In this document: one piece after another, positions 7,611 through 16,848 of the stretch
Layout: each line of letters begins with the position of its first letter
Numbering within the stretch: the stretch's first letter is position 1
Source: a bacterium
GTDB taxonomy: Bacteria > Patescibacteriota > Microgenomatia > UBA12405 > BS750m-G30
DNA length: 39,120 nt
Assembly: GCA_021157735.1 (NCBI GenBank)
Contig: JAGGVZ010000046.1
Span: 1 to 39,120 of the forward strand
Reading direction: 5' to 3'
Position numbers and translations under genes: made by a program
Notes under the pieces: generated by a model
Told to the model about the DNA's origin: nothing
Seen by the model: the letters and a program-made list of their open reading frames with translations, nothing else
Databases searched by the model: none

Positions 7611-8981
7611 CTAGTAGTTCAATTGAACAGCTGTTTTTTGACAAATATTATAGGTAGTAGGATAAAAAAGAAAAATGGCCGGCACCTCTTCGGAGAGAAA
7701 CTTTTGAAAATCCCAATAAATTCTTTTTCTTTCCTCTTTATTAAGAATTACTCTCCCCTCCTCTAGTAGTTTATCTATTCTAGGATTAGAGAACTTGGTG
7801 ATATTAGCCGGTTGGTTGGAGTGCCAAAACATATATTGATCGGGATCGGGAGGAATGACACCGTATCCCAAGATGACATCAAAATCTTGGTTTTTAGGAA
7901 TAAACGGAAGAATTTTAAGTTCGGTTTCGATTCCCAAGTTCTCTTTCCAATCTTTTTTAATTTTTTCTCCCCAGTCGGAGAGTTCAAAGGTAGTGGTAAT
8001 TTGTATTTTTAAATTCCCCGAAAGAGTAGCTTCTTTTTCCGCTTTTGAAAAAAGCTCCTTTGCGTGTTTAGGAGAAAATGGGTAAGTTTTGACATTAGGA
8101 TTATAGGCCCAGGAAAGAGGAGAGATAGGAGTTAGAGCCCGAACCGACTCTTTTGGTTTATGGATACTGTAAGCTAATGCTTGACGAAATCTCTTGCTAT
8201 CAAAAGGAGATTTGGCGGTGTTAAAAAAAATAGCCACATATTTTTTGGTCGATTTTTTAGGAGGAGAAATAGTTAAGTTGGGCCAACCCCTAATCGGTTC
8301 TAAAGAAGAAAGACCATAGGCGCAGTCTATTTCCCCTAGCTTTAAAGCAAGAAGAAGTTCTTTCTCTCCCGGATAAAAGCGGAAGGTAATTTTTTTGGGA
8401 ACTTTGTTGGGGTTCATTGCTAATAAATCTAGACGGGAGAAAAAACCAGCATTAACCCGAAGAGAAGTCACTTTATAATCTCCCAGGCCCACAAGATTTT
8501 CTTTAAATAAAGGAAGGGAAACTAGCGCTGGCAAGGGGGCAAATGGTTTTTCCAAATCAAAAGCTAAAGTGTAGTCGTTGACGGGGAAAATTTTTACCCC
8601 CTCTATTTGGTAAGAAACGTCTTTTGCCTTTAGAGGAGTTTTATCTTGCCAGTGAAGCAGAGGGTCAAGGTGAAAAAGATATCTTTTTCCCTGATTCTTA
8701 ATTTCCCAAGAAGTAGCTGCTCCAGGGAGAGGGTTGTCGTTTGAAGAAAGCTTAGTGAGTCCGAAAGAAATTAGTTTGGTGATTTCCAAAGGAAGAGTCT
8801 CGCGATTATATTTCCCTATTACCCCAACTACCAAGCGCGAAGGAAAGATTTTTTGTTTCCAAGAAATGAGTTTTTTTTGAATAAAAAAGAAAAAGGCACC
8901 AATAACTACTCCCAAGAGGATAAGCTTAAAGTTTCTTTTGATAAAAAGGACGGCAATTTTTAAATTGGTTTTAAACGCCAT
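7611..8981 (-). CDS. ABC transporter substrate-binding protein, family 5 (peptide/nickel type), membrane anchored
   Basis: N-terminal TM helix; LISFGLT, WQDKTPLKAKDV, FRQALAYSI, PDPDQYMFWHS, NPRIDKLLEEGR. Confidence 0.85.
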   Translation of the reverse strand: MAFKTNLKIAVLFIKRNFKLILLGVVIGAFFFFIQKKLISWKQKIFPSRLVVGVIGKYNRETLPLEITKLISFGLTKLSSNDNPLPGAATSWEIKNQGKRYLFHLDPLLHWQDKTPLKAKDVSYQIEGVKIFPVNDYTLAFDLEKPFAPLPALVSLPLFKENLVGLGDYKVTSLRVNAGFFSRLDLLAMNPNKVPKKITFRFYPGEKELLLALKLGEIDCAYGLSSLEPIRGWPNLTISPPKKSTKKYVAIFFNTAKSPFDSKRFRQALAYSIHKPKESVRALTPISPLSWAYNPNVKTYPFSPKHAKELFSKAEKEATLSGNLKIQITTTFELSDWGEKIKKDWKENLGIETELKILPFIPKNQDFDVILGYGVIPPDPDQYMFWHSNQPANITKFSNPRIDKLLEEGRVILNKEERKRIYWDFQKFLSEEVPAIFLFYPTTYNICQKTAVQLNY

Positions 8982-8990
8982 TCTTTAAGT

Positions 8991-9203
8991 TTATGCTCCT
9001 GCCGCCAGTCTTAAAAAAGAGATAATCAAAAAGATGAAGATAATGGACAAAGTTGCCACAAAAGTTATTTTTTCCCATCCCCTTTTGGTTACCTCAGGAG
9101 CGAAAAAGGAGGTATAACTGGTTCGGTCATCAGCCGGTTCTTGGAGAAGGATGAAAATAATAACCAGAAGGGCAAAGACGGCTTGAAGAATAACTAAAAT
9201 CAT
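8991..9203 (-). CDS. secG: Preprotein translocase subunit SecG
   Basis: 70 aa, two TM helices, ILLQ after TM1, TKRGWEK before TM2. Confidence 0.75.
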   Translation of the reverse strand: MILVILQAVFALLVIIFILLQEPADDRTSYTSFFAPEVTKRGWEKITFVATLSIIFIFLIISFLRLAAGA

Positions 9204-9604
9204 TTTTTAAGAATCCAGTTAATAGTACTAACGGCAAGGTTGAAAAGAAAGGAAAGGAGAATAAAGGTGGTAAAAAGAGAAAACTGAACAGGAGCAATTA
9301 TTAACCCCTGACGATTAATCCCCGGAAAGTAATAAGCAGAAATGGAAAAACCGGGAATAAAAACACTAACCAGGTAAAAGCCCGCAACATTAATTACCCA
9401 CCGCAGCAACCCCAGAGTAAGAAGATTAATAGGCAAAAGAAGAAGTTTCAAGACTGGTTTTAAGAGAAATTCGAAGGCAACAAAAGCTAATCCGGCAAGT
9501 AAAAGGGTTTTAATTCCTTGTTGAAAATGAATTGCTCCTGTTGCTTCGGCAATTATCTTCAGTGCCAAGATGGTAATAAACCAGGCCCGAATAACCTTTT
9601 TCAT
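9200..9604 (-). CDS. 4-TMS 'phage holin' family membrane protein (YvlD-like)
   Basis: LLKPVLKLLLLPINLLTLGLLRWVINV motif, then VFIPGF. Confidence 0.85.
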   Translation of the reverse strand: MKKVIRAWFITILALKIIAEATGAIHFQQGIKTLLLAGLAFVAFEFLLKPVLKLLLLPINLLTLGLLRWVINVAGFYLVSVFIPGFSISAYYFPGINRQGLIIAPVQFSLFTTFILLSFLFNLAVSTINWILKK

Positions 9605-9624
9605 TTTTTAAAAGCTTAACAAAA

Positions 9625-11463
9625 TTACCCCCTTTTTGCAAATAAACCCTTTGCTTTCCAAAGGAGAAAGAAAAAAAGAAAGATGCTTCCACTAACAACA
9701 AGAATTTTCCCGAGCAGTTTTTCCTGACTAACAAAAAAGGGTAATGAAAGCGATTTTTCTTCTCTAAATGAACCAAGAGAGAGTGATATTTCTACCGCTG
9801 GTTTGTCTATTAACTGCTTCCACCACGGAGGGAGAGGAACAGTGATTTTTTCCTCCCCTAAAGGAGGGAGAAATTCCACCGTTTGGGCTGTTTTTTCTTT
9901 TCCCGGAAGAACAATTTCTAACTTTAGATTTTCTACCGGATGCAAGTTTTTATTTTTAATGACAATCTCCCCCCAAGAGAGATTTTTAAAAAGAAAAGAG
10001 CTTTCTTTTTTCCGTTGAAAAGAGAAAGAGAGATTTTGAAGGGTTTTTTTGGGAAGAACTACTACTGGTTGACGGGCAAAGCTTACCTGAATGGTTTTTT
10101 CATTAGGAAGAGAAAAATTTCCCGGCGGTGACGGAGAACTGCTACTGGTCCCGTGGATGACAAAGGCAAAATGGTTAAAATCAAAGTTGTGAAAGTAATC
10201 TACCCCTCCGGTAGTTTTTTCCCAGGTAGGATCAACCTGAACCCATTCTTTTCTGCTTTTATCCCAATACTCCGGCCAAGCGTGGAGAATATTTTTTTCC
10301 AGAGAAAGGGGTTTTAACTTGGGATTGTTGGTGTAAGCAAACCCTTCGATTTCCCGAGCAGGAATACCTGCTGCCCGACAAAGGGCAATAAAAAGGTCGG
10401 TAAATTCTGTACAAACACTCTCCTGAGGTCTAGCTAAAGCGGCAACAGCCCCTTTTCTTTCTACCTTTTCATTAATCGCCTGATAGTCATACTGAAGGTG
10501 AGAAACCACAAATTGGTATATCTTCTGAGGGGTTTTTAGTTCTTGAGCAAGACGAATAATTTGCGGGTGGGAGGTTTCCCAATATTGGTCTTCTTTTAAA
10601 AAAAGAGGAAGGGTTTTTTCTTGGTTGTAAAAACTTGTTTTCTGGGGAGAGGCAAAAATCTTAACTTGGCCTTGGACGGTAACCGTGAATTTTTCCCGCG
10701 GCGAAAGAAGATATTCTCCAAGCCAGTTTCCGTTTTCATCAAGAAAAATTCTTTTCGGGAGAGGGTCTATCTTTGTAAAAATTACTTCCTGGTAGTTAGT
10801 TTGGGGAGGAAGAGGAATAATGCTTTCCCCCGGCTCATTGTGAGGGTTAGTAAGCAGATATTTGAGAGCAAAATCGAAACTTTGGAAATCACCAAAAGAG
10901 ATAAGATTGTTTCCTCTCAGGGAGTTTTTTTCAAAGACAAGTTTGGTTTGGATGCCTAAGTTTTCGATTTTTTTAATCCTTGCCGAAGAGTAAGCCAATT
11001 TCCCAAAGGAGTTGGGGACGATAACCGTAAGAACAAAAGAGTTTATCTTTTCCGGATGGGAAAGTTTGGGGAGGGCAATTTCCCAGACTCTCCCTTTATG
11101 GGTTGCCCATTGAGGTAGTTGATATTGAACGTGAAAAACCAGTTTTTTTCCTTTGCCCACGACCTGCTGATTAAATCGAAGTCGTATCTCAGTGGTGTCT
11201 TTTTTCTCTTTAACTTCCGCAAGAATATTTCCTTTCTCATCCCAAGCACTAATATTTTGGACCTTTTCACTGGTTTCCAGCAGATATTCAGTAGGATAGA
11301 TATTAGAAAAATTGTTAGTAAGGGTAATAGTTTGGTGAACAGTAGCATCGCCTCGGGGATTTATTTGGTAAGTCACGGCAAAATCGGTTTGAAAACTTTC
11401 CAACGCTTTTACTGGAGAGGCGGCGAAAAAAAGAAAGAGACAAAAAAGAAAGACTTTCTTCAT
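9625..11463 (-). CDS. Secreted/membrane-anchored transglutaminase-like domain protein
   Basis: Start reassigned to ATG 11463 (MKKVFLFCLFLFFAASPVKA signal peptide). Triad motifs VCTEFTDLFIALCRAAGIPAR, HAWPE and VDPTW; C-terminal TM helix. Confidence 0.85.
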   Translation of the reverse strand: MKKVFLFCLFLFFAASPVKALESFQTDFAVTYQINPRGDATVHQTITLTNNFSNIYPTEYLLETSEKVQNISAWDEKGNILAEVKEKKDTTEIRLRFNQQVVGKGKKLVFHVQYQLPQWATHKGRVWEIALPKLSHPEKINSFVLTVIVPNSFGKLAYSSARIKKIENLGIQTKLVFEKNSLRGNNLISFGDFQSFDFALKYLLTNPHNEPGESIIPLPPQTNYQEVIFTKIDPLPKRIFLDENGNWLGEYLLSPREKFTVTVQGQVKIFASPQKTSFYNQEKTLPLFLKEDQYWETSHPQIIRLAQELKTPQKIYQFVVSHLQYDYQAINEKVERKGAVAALARPQESVCTEFTDLFIALCRAAGIPAREIEGFAYTNNPKLKPLSLEKNILHAWPEYWDKSRKEWVQVDPTWEKTTGGVDYFHNFDFNHFAFVIHGTSSSSPSPPGNFSLPNEKTIQVSFARQPVVVLPKKTLQNLSFSFQRKKESSFLFKNLSWGEIVIKNKNLHPVENLKLEIVLPGKEKTAQTVEFLPPLGEEKITVPLPPWWKQLIDKPAVEISLSLGSFREEKSLSLPFFVSQEKLLGKILVVSGSIFLFFFLLWKAKGLFAKRG

Positions 11464-11509
11464 AAATTTAATATAACCTTTTTTGAAGAAAATTTGAAGA
11501 AATTTCCTC

Positions 11510-11538
11510 TTGACTTCGGGTTTTGTTAGTGTTTTAAT
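11510..11538 (+). promoter_or_regulatory. Putative sigma70 promoter of lexA
   Basis: TTGACT (11510-11515), 17-bp spacer, TG-n-TTTAAT (-10 at 11533-11538); ATG 9 nt downstream. Confidence 0.55.
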
Positions 11539-11547
11539 AATGGGGCA

Positions 11548-12168
11548 ATGCCACCTATTCTTTATCGCCGTCAACGCCAAACCCTCGACTTCATCAATCA
11601 ATATATCCAAAAATTTGGCTACTCCCCTACTCTGACCGAAATCAAAGAAGCTTTAGGTTTATCTTCTCTTTCTACTGTTTGCGAACATTTAGAGGTTTTG
11701 GAAAAGAAGGGCTATATTCGTCGCTATAAAGGAGCTGTCCGGGGAATAGAAATTATCGATGAAAAAAAATTGCCGGCTCTGGATAAAGGAATAGAACTGC
11801 CCGTTTTGGGATATATTGCCGCCGGCAAACCAATTGAGCCATACACCGACCCTGACGCCACCGTTTTTGTCCCCCGCAAAATGGTTTCCGGTAAAAAAAG
11901 GTCCTTTGTCCTTCAAGTCAAAGGTGATTCTATGATTGAGGAAGGAATTTTGGATGGTGATTATATTGTTGTGGAAGAGCAAAAGGAAGCCAACAACGGT
12001 GATATTGTCGTGGCAATTCTTCCCAACGGTTTTGCTACCTTAAAAAAGTTCTATCGAGAGAAGAACAGAATTCGCCTGGAGCCTGCCAATGCCAAAATGA
12101 AGCCTATTTATGTTAAAAATGTCTCCATCCAAGGCAAAGCGGTAGGAGTGATTAGAAACTTCCGTTAA
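11548..12168 (+). CDS. lexA: SOS repressor LexA
   Basis: wHTH (GYSPTLTEI...HLEVLEKKGYI), cleavage site IAAG, catalytic GDSM and TLKK. Confidence 0.95.
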   Translation: MPPILYRRQRQTLDFINQYIQKFGYSPTLTEIKEALGLSSLSTVCEHLEVLEKKGYIRRYKGAVRGIEIIDEKKLPALDKGIELPVLGYIAAGKPIEPYTDPDATVFVPRKMVSGKKRSFVLQVKGDSMIEEGILDGDYIVVEEQKEANNGDIVVAILPNGFATLKKFYREKNRIRLEPANAKMKPIYVKNVSIQGKAVGVIRNFR

Positions 12169-12177
12169 AACAAGAAG

Positions 12178-12870
12178 ATGAAAGGCACTCTTTATTTGGT
12201 GGCTACCCCCATTGGTAATTTAAAAGACTTTTCTTTCCGAGGAAAAGAAGTTCTTTCCTCGGTTGATGTTATTTTCTGCGAAGATACCCGTCGTTTTCGA
12301 AAATTGCAGGAGAAAATGGGAATTACTCCCCAGGGGAAAATCTTTTCTTTTTTTAAAGAAAATGAGGAAAAGATGACCCAAAAGGGAGTAGAGTTTTTGA
12401 AAGAAGGAAAGACGGTCGCTGTTGTCTCTGACGCGGGAATGCCCCTAATTGCCGATCCCGGTTGGCTTTTGGTAAAAGCAGCCTGGGAAGAAAAAATTCC
12501 CTTGGTTTGCGTTCCCGGACCAACCGCTTTTTCCATGGCCCTGGTTCTTTCCGGCTTTCCGGTGAAAAATTTTGCTTTCTGGGGATATCTTCCTAAAAAC
12601 AAAAAGAAACAAAAAAAGATTTTTTCTCATTGGCAAAAAATGGCTTCTCTTTTTGGGTTAAACACTTTTGTGTTTTATGAGTCTCCCCATCGCCTCCTCT
12701 CTACCTTGCGCACTTTTTCCCAGGTTTTAGGGGAAAAGGAGATTTTTATTCTCAAAGAAGCGACCAAAAAGCACGAGGAACTTTTACGGGGAACACCAAA
12801 AGAGTTGTTAAAACTTTTCTCAAATAATAAAATAAAAGGAGAGTTTACTTTGGTTTGTTATCTAAGATGA
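12178..12870 (+). CDS. rsmI: 16S rRNA (cytidine1402-2'-O)-methyltransferase
   Basis: LYLVATPIGNL, CEDTR, VSDAGMPLIADPG, FYESPHRL, KGEFTLV. Confidence 0.93.
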   Translation: MKGTLYLVATPIGNLKDFSFRGKEVLSSVDVIFCEDTRRFRKLQEKMGITPQGKIFSFFKENEEKMTQKGVEFLKEGKTVAVVSDAGMPLIADPGWLLVKAAWEEKIPLVCVPGPTAFSMALVLSGFPVKNFAFWGYLPKNKKKQKKIFSHWQKMASLFGLNTFVFYESPHRLLSTLRTFSQVLGEKEIFILKEATKKHEELLRGTPKELLKLFSNNKIKGEFTLVCYLR

Positions 12871-13538
12871 AAGATAATTTTAAAAAATTAATTGAGGCAG
12901 CCAAAAAATCCTTGGAAAATCCCGGTCACTCCCCTCGTCCTCTTCCTAAAAAGGAATCGAAAAAATTTTCTGTTATTTATGTCTTCCGTCATACAGAAAC
13001 TTATGATAACCGCCGCAGGGTCTTTTCCGGAAGAAGAAACACCCGCCTGACCCCCCGAGGGATTAAGCAAGCAAAACAACTGGCGAAAAAACTTAAGGAC
13101 AAAAGAATAGAGCTTGCCTATTGCCCTCCTTTAATAAGATGCAAATGGACTTTGCGGGAAGTTTTGCGATATCATCCGGGCGTGAAAATCATCGTCGATC
13201 CTTTATTGGTGGAGCGCGATTATGGAGAGCTCACCGGAAAGAGCAAACTTAAACTGATGCGGGAAAATTTTGAATTAGCAGTTAAATATCGCCGCGGCTA
13301 TGATTTTCCCCCGCCAGGAGGAGAAAGTTTTAAAGACGTCCAGACCAAAAGAATTTTTCCCTTCTGCCGTCGTCTGGAGAAGGAGTTGAGTAAGACAAAG
13401 AAAAATGTGGCCATTTGTTGTACTAATAACACGATGAGGTTAATCCGCATGTATTTTGAAAAATTGACTGTTTTTCAAATGCAAACTTTGGAAAATCCTT
13501 TTGGTGATTATGCTGCTTATGTAGTTAGACCTCACTGA
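12867..13538 (+). CDS. Histidine phosphatase superfamily protein, phosphoglycerate mutase-like
   Basis: ATG overlaps the rsmI stop (ATGA). FRHTET, LTPRGIKQA, LVERDYGELTG, PPPGGES; adjacent to eno/ppsA. Confidence 0.8.
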   Translation: MKDNFKKLIEAAKKSLENPGHSPRPLPKKESKKFSVIYVFRHTETYDNRRRVFSGRRNTRLTPRGIKQAKQLAKKLKDKRIELAYCPPLIRCKWTLREVLRYHPGVKIIVDPLLVERDYGELTGKSKLKLMRENFELAVKYRRGYDFPPPGGESFKDVQTKRIFPFCRRLEKELSKTKKNVAICCTNNTMRLIRMYFEKLTVFQMQTLENPFGDYAAYVVRPH

Positions 13539-14574
13539 AGCTCAGAAGACGGTTGTACTTGGCAATTCTTTCTCCCCGACAAGGGGCTCCGAACTTAACG
13601 AAATCAACATTCTCTTTAATGGCTAGGTCAACAATCCAGCTGTCATTAGTTTCTTCTCCGCGATGGGAAACAATAGTTTTTAGACCATATCGTTTGGCAA
13701 CAGCAATCGCTTCTGTTGCTTGAGAAATGGTTCCTTGCTGATTAGGTTTGATGATTACCGCATTGAAAAGTCCCTGTTCTCCTCCTGTAGCTATTTTTTC
13801 TGGATTTGTAACGGTTAAATCATCAGCAACAATCATTATCTCTTCTTTTATCTTCTTTGCCTCTTGAAAGAAAACTTTCCATTCTTCCTTTTTTGTTTCG
13901 GGAAGGGGGTCTTCAATACTTACCACCCGATAACGTCGCACAATATCAAGGAGCGTAGAGGGGGAGGGGGGAGAAGTATCAGCAGCCACATCCAAAGCCA
14001 GCGGCAGTTCTGTCTCTTCTTCTAATATTTTGATAACCTCTTCCTCGTTGTTGATGCCGAAAGGAGAAAATCCTCCCTCACTCCCTACTGTGGTCGCCAG
14101 GCCCTCTTTCTCCAACCGCTTTTTTACCTTTTCATAAGCATTTTTTCCCTCCTCAATGTTACTCACAATCACCATAAATTCCTGAATTTTTAAAGCGGGG
14201 TTTCCATGTTTTTTCCCTTCAAAAACAAGCATCATCATTTGGGGTAATTGAGAAGGAGAAGGTAAGGGTTGGGATTTAAAAAAGGCAGCGGAAACAGCCA
14301 AGGTAGCATTGCTCCCCCACGAGGGATTGTTCAGGAGTCTATCCAGTTCCTCCTGGGTTTGAGGAGAATTTTTCCTCAAAAGAGGGGAAATTTCTTTTTC
14401 TATTTGAAAAATAGCTTTCTCTGGAGAAACAGATTCTTTTTCTTCTTTTCCCCGGGAGATTCCCTGAGGAACAGCCGCTACAAATTCTCCTTTATCGGTA
14501 AGTAATTTACACTCTATAGTCCAATTTCCCGCTGAATTAAGAATTTTTCGCGCTTTTATTTCTTTAATTTTCAT
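13525..14574 (-). CDS. eno: Enolase (shortened, about 349 aa)
   Basis: KARKILNSAGNWTIE, GSNATLAVS, QEFM, EGGF, SIEDP, DDL, KPNQ, SHRGEET, RGERIAKYNRLL. ATG overlaps the ppsA stop. Confidence 0.9.
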   Translation of the reverse strand: MKIKEIKARKILNSAGNWTIECKLLTDKGEFVAAVPQGISRGKEEKESVSPEKAIFQIEKEISPLLRKNSPQTQEELDRLLNNPSWGSNATLAVSAAFFKSQPLPSPSQLPQMMMLVFEGKKHGNPALKIQEFMVIVSNIEEGKNAYEKVKKRLEKEGLATTVGSEGGFSPFGINNEEEVIKILEEETELPLALDVAADTSPPSPSTLLDIVRRYRVVSIEDPLPETKKEEWKVFFQEAKKIKEEIMIVADDLTVTNPEKIATGGEQGLFNAVIIKPNQQGTISQATEAIAVAKRYGLKTIVSHRGEETNDSWIVDLAIKENVDFVKFGAPCRGERIAKYNRLLSFSEV

Positions 14575-16847
14575 CTTTTTCCGCGGCGGATTTTTCTTTC
14601 CACCCAATAAACAATTTCTCGGGTTCTTTCAATGGCATCAGGATTTACCGAGATACTGGTAATTCCCCAACGAACCAACTTTTCTACCAGTTCGGGATAA
14701 TTACTAGGGGCCTGGCCGCATATAGAACTGGTAATGCCGTTTTTATTAGCGATTCTAATCACCCTCCTTAGTGACCAAAGGACAGCTTTGTTTCTCTCGT
14801 CAAAAACTCCTGCTACTTCACTGTTGTCCCTGTCCACTCCCAGAGTAAGCATTGTGAGGTCGTTGGAACCAATTGAAATTCCATCAATTCCTGCCTCAAT
14901 AAAATCTTGGAGGAGAATCACATTAGAGGGGATTTCCACCATCATCCACAATTTAAAGCTCGGACTCCTGGTTAAACCTACGGAAGCAAGAATTCTTTTT
15001 ATCTGAATTAGCTGTTCTGGCGTCCTTACGAAAGGCACCATTAGCCAGAGGTTTTTCAGTCCCATTTTGTTACGGACTTTTTTGATAGCCTCCAGTTCTA
15101 ATTGGAAAACTTCCGGAGAGGTTATATAGCGGATTGCTCCCCGAAAGCCAAGAAGAGGATTTTCCTCATGGGGTTCAAATTTCTCCCCTCCTTGAAGATG
15201 GCGGTACTCGTTAGTTTTAAAGTCGGTCGCCCGATAAACAACAGGGCGGGGGTAAAAAGCCCGGCAGAATTTAGCAATTCCTTTGGCCAATTCATTGGTG
15301 AAAATCTCCCCTCGCTTTTCTTCAAGTAATTTTTTGGGATGAACACCAATGCCGGCAATCATAAATTCTGCTCTTAGCAAACCAACCCCATCAACTTTCT
15401 CCTGGGCAACTCTTTTTGCTAAACTTGGCTCTCCCAGATTGACATAAATTTTAGTCGCCGTTTTTACATTTTTAGGCAGAACCTTTTTCTTTATTATCTT
15501 TTTCTTTTTAACTTCCCCTCGATATATTTTCCCGTTGGTGCCATCTACGGTAATAATTTCTCCCGTCTTGATAATTTTAGTTGCCTTTCCTGTTCCCACC
15601 ACACAAGGAATGGCCAGTTCTCGGGAAACAATCGCCGCGTGAGAGGTTTGCCCACCTTTATCGGTAACTATTCCCTTTGCCAACTGCATCGCCGGGACAA
15701 AATCAGGACTGGTCATCACCGTTACCAAAATATCGCCCTTTTTCACCTTTTTAATTTCTTTAGCTGAAAAGATAACTTTTGCCGGTCCAGTTGCTATTCC
15801 CGGTGAAGCCGCTTCTCCCTCCAAGAAAAGCTCCGCTTCTTTTATTTCCTTTTTAGAGGAAGAGGGAGACTTTTTCTTTAAAGTAGTAATCGGTCGTGTT
15901 TGCAGGATGTAAAGTTTATTTTTTTCCATTCCCCACTCGATATCTTGGGGGAAGAAGTAGTGTTTTTGAATGGCAATTCCCAGCTTCGCTAATTCAATAA
16001 TTTGGAGACTATTTAATTTTTGGACATTTTGCAGACTTCTGGGAACAGCAACTTTGGCTGTTTTCCCCCTGATTTTAATCAGCTGAACTTTTTGGGGATG
16101 GACCTCAATTTTGGTAATTTTTAAACTCTTTTTATCAACACAGTAATGGTCAGGAGTGACTGTTCCTTGAACAATAAGTTCTCCTAATCCCCAAACTGCC
16201 TCGCACACCAAGGTGTTTTTGTCATTGGTGATGGGATCGGTGGTAAACATTACCCCGGATACCTGCGATTGAATCATCTTTTGAATGGGAACGGCAATTC
16301 CTACCCGAAAATGGTCAAAGTGGTTTTTTTGCCGATAAAAAATTGCCCTGGGGGTGAAAAGGGAAGCCCAACAGTCGCGGACCCGGTTGACTACACTTGC
16401 CTCTCCCCGGACGTTAAGGAAAGTTTCTTGCTGTCCAGCAAACGAGGCGTCGGGGAGATCCTCAGCAGTAGCGGAGGAACGAACAGCCACATACGCTTGC
16501 TTTAATCCTCCCAGCGAGCCTAGTTTTAGGTAAGCTTTCATAATCTGTTTGGCAATTTCCTCGGGAATGGGAGTATTTTTAATAAGTCGTTGTATTTTCT
16601 CTGCTGCCTCCTGAAGTTCGGTTACATTTTCTGGATTAAGAACCTGAAGAATTTCTTCTATTTGTTTTTGTAAGTTACCGGCTTTGAGAAAATCGAAATA
16701 AGCATCAACAGTAACGACAAATCCCGGAGGAACAGGTATTCCTATTTGGGTCAACTCCCCCAAATTTGCTCCCTTTCCACCGGCGATGGGAATATCCTCT
16801 TTGGTAATCTCCTCAAACCACCGGATATATCTTTTCATTGCCTTCAT
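14571..16847 (-). CDS. ppsA: Phosphoenolpyruvate synthase
   Basis: GGKGANLGE, AVRSSATAEDL, SFAGQQ, TSHAAIVSRE (phospho-His), SIGSNDL, ICGQAPS. Start could be ATG 16847 or 16838. Confidence 0.95.
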   Translation of the reverse strand: MKAMKRYIRWFEEITKEDIPIAGGKGANLGELTQIGIPVPPGFVVTVDAYFDFLKAGNLQKQIEEILQVLNPENVTELQEAAEKIQRLIKNTPIPEEIAKQIMKAYLKLGSLGGLKQAYVAVRSSATAEDLPDASFAGQQETFLNVRGEASVVNRVRDCWASLFTPRAIFYRQKNHFDHFRVGIAVPIQKMIQSQVSGVMFTTDPITNDKNTLVCEAVWGLGELIVQGTVTPDHYCVDKKSLKITKIEVHPQKVQLIKIRGKTAKVAVPRSLQNVQKLNSLQIIELAKLGIAIQKHYFFPQDIEWGMEKNKLYILQTRPITTLKKKSPSSSKKEIKEAELFLEGEAASPGIATGPAKVIFSAKEIKKVKKGDILVTVMTSPDFVPAMQLAKGIVTDKGGQTSHAAIVSRELAIPCVVGTGKATKIIKTGEIITVDGTNGKIYRGEVKKKKIIKKKVLPKNVKTATKIYVNLGEPSLAKRVAQEKVDGVGLLRAEFMIAGIGVHPKKLLEEKRGEIFTNELAKGIAKFCRAFYPRPVVYRATDFKTNEYRHLQGGEKFEPHEENPLLGFRGAIRYITSPEVFQLELEAIKKVRNKMGLKNLWLMVPFVRTPEQLIQIKRILASVGLTRSPSFKLWMMVEIPSNVILLQDFIEAGIDGISIGSNDLTMLTLGVDRDNSEVAGVFDERNKAVLWSLRRVIRIANKNGITSSICGQAPSNYPELVEKLVRWGITSISVNPDAIERTREIVYWVERKIRRGKR

Positions 16848-16848
16848 T

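Noticed and set aside
339-7766. Short ORFs 339-653, 531-722, 6305-6508, 6346-6681, 6750-7007, 6762-6947, 7212-7424 and 7548-7766
   Set aside because: They are translations across tRNA genes or antisense to real genes.
11464-11610. Long N-terminal extensions given in the ORF track (transglutaminase; likewise DRG, ruvC, eno, gatA, MFS, S66)
   Set aside because: They overlap neighbouring genes or promoters. Downstream starts match family N-termini or signal peptides.
9200-12168. Prophage suggested by a 'holin' and a repressor
   Set aside because: The 4-TMS holin family is a common chromosomal membrane protein and the repressor is canonical LexA. No integrase, capsid or terminase genes are present.
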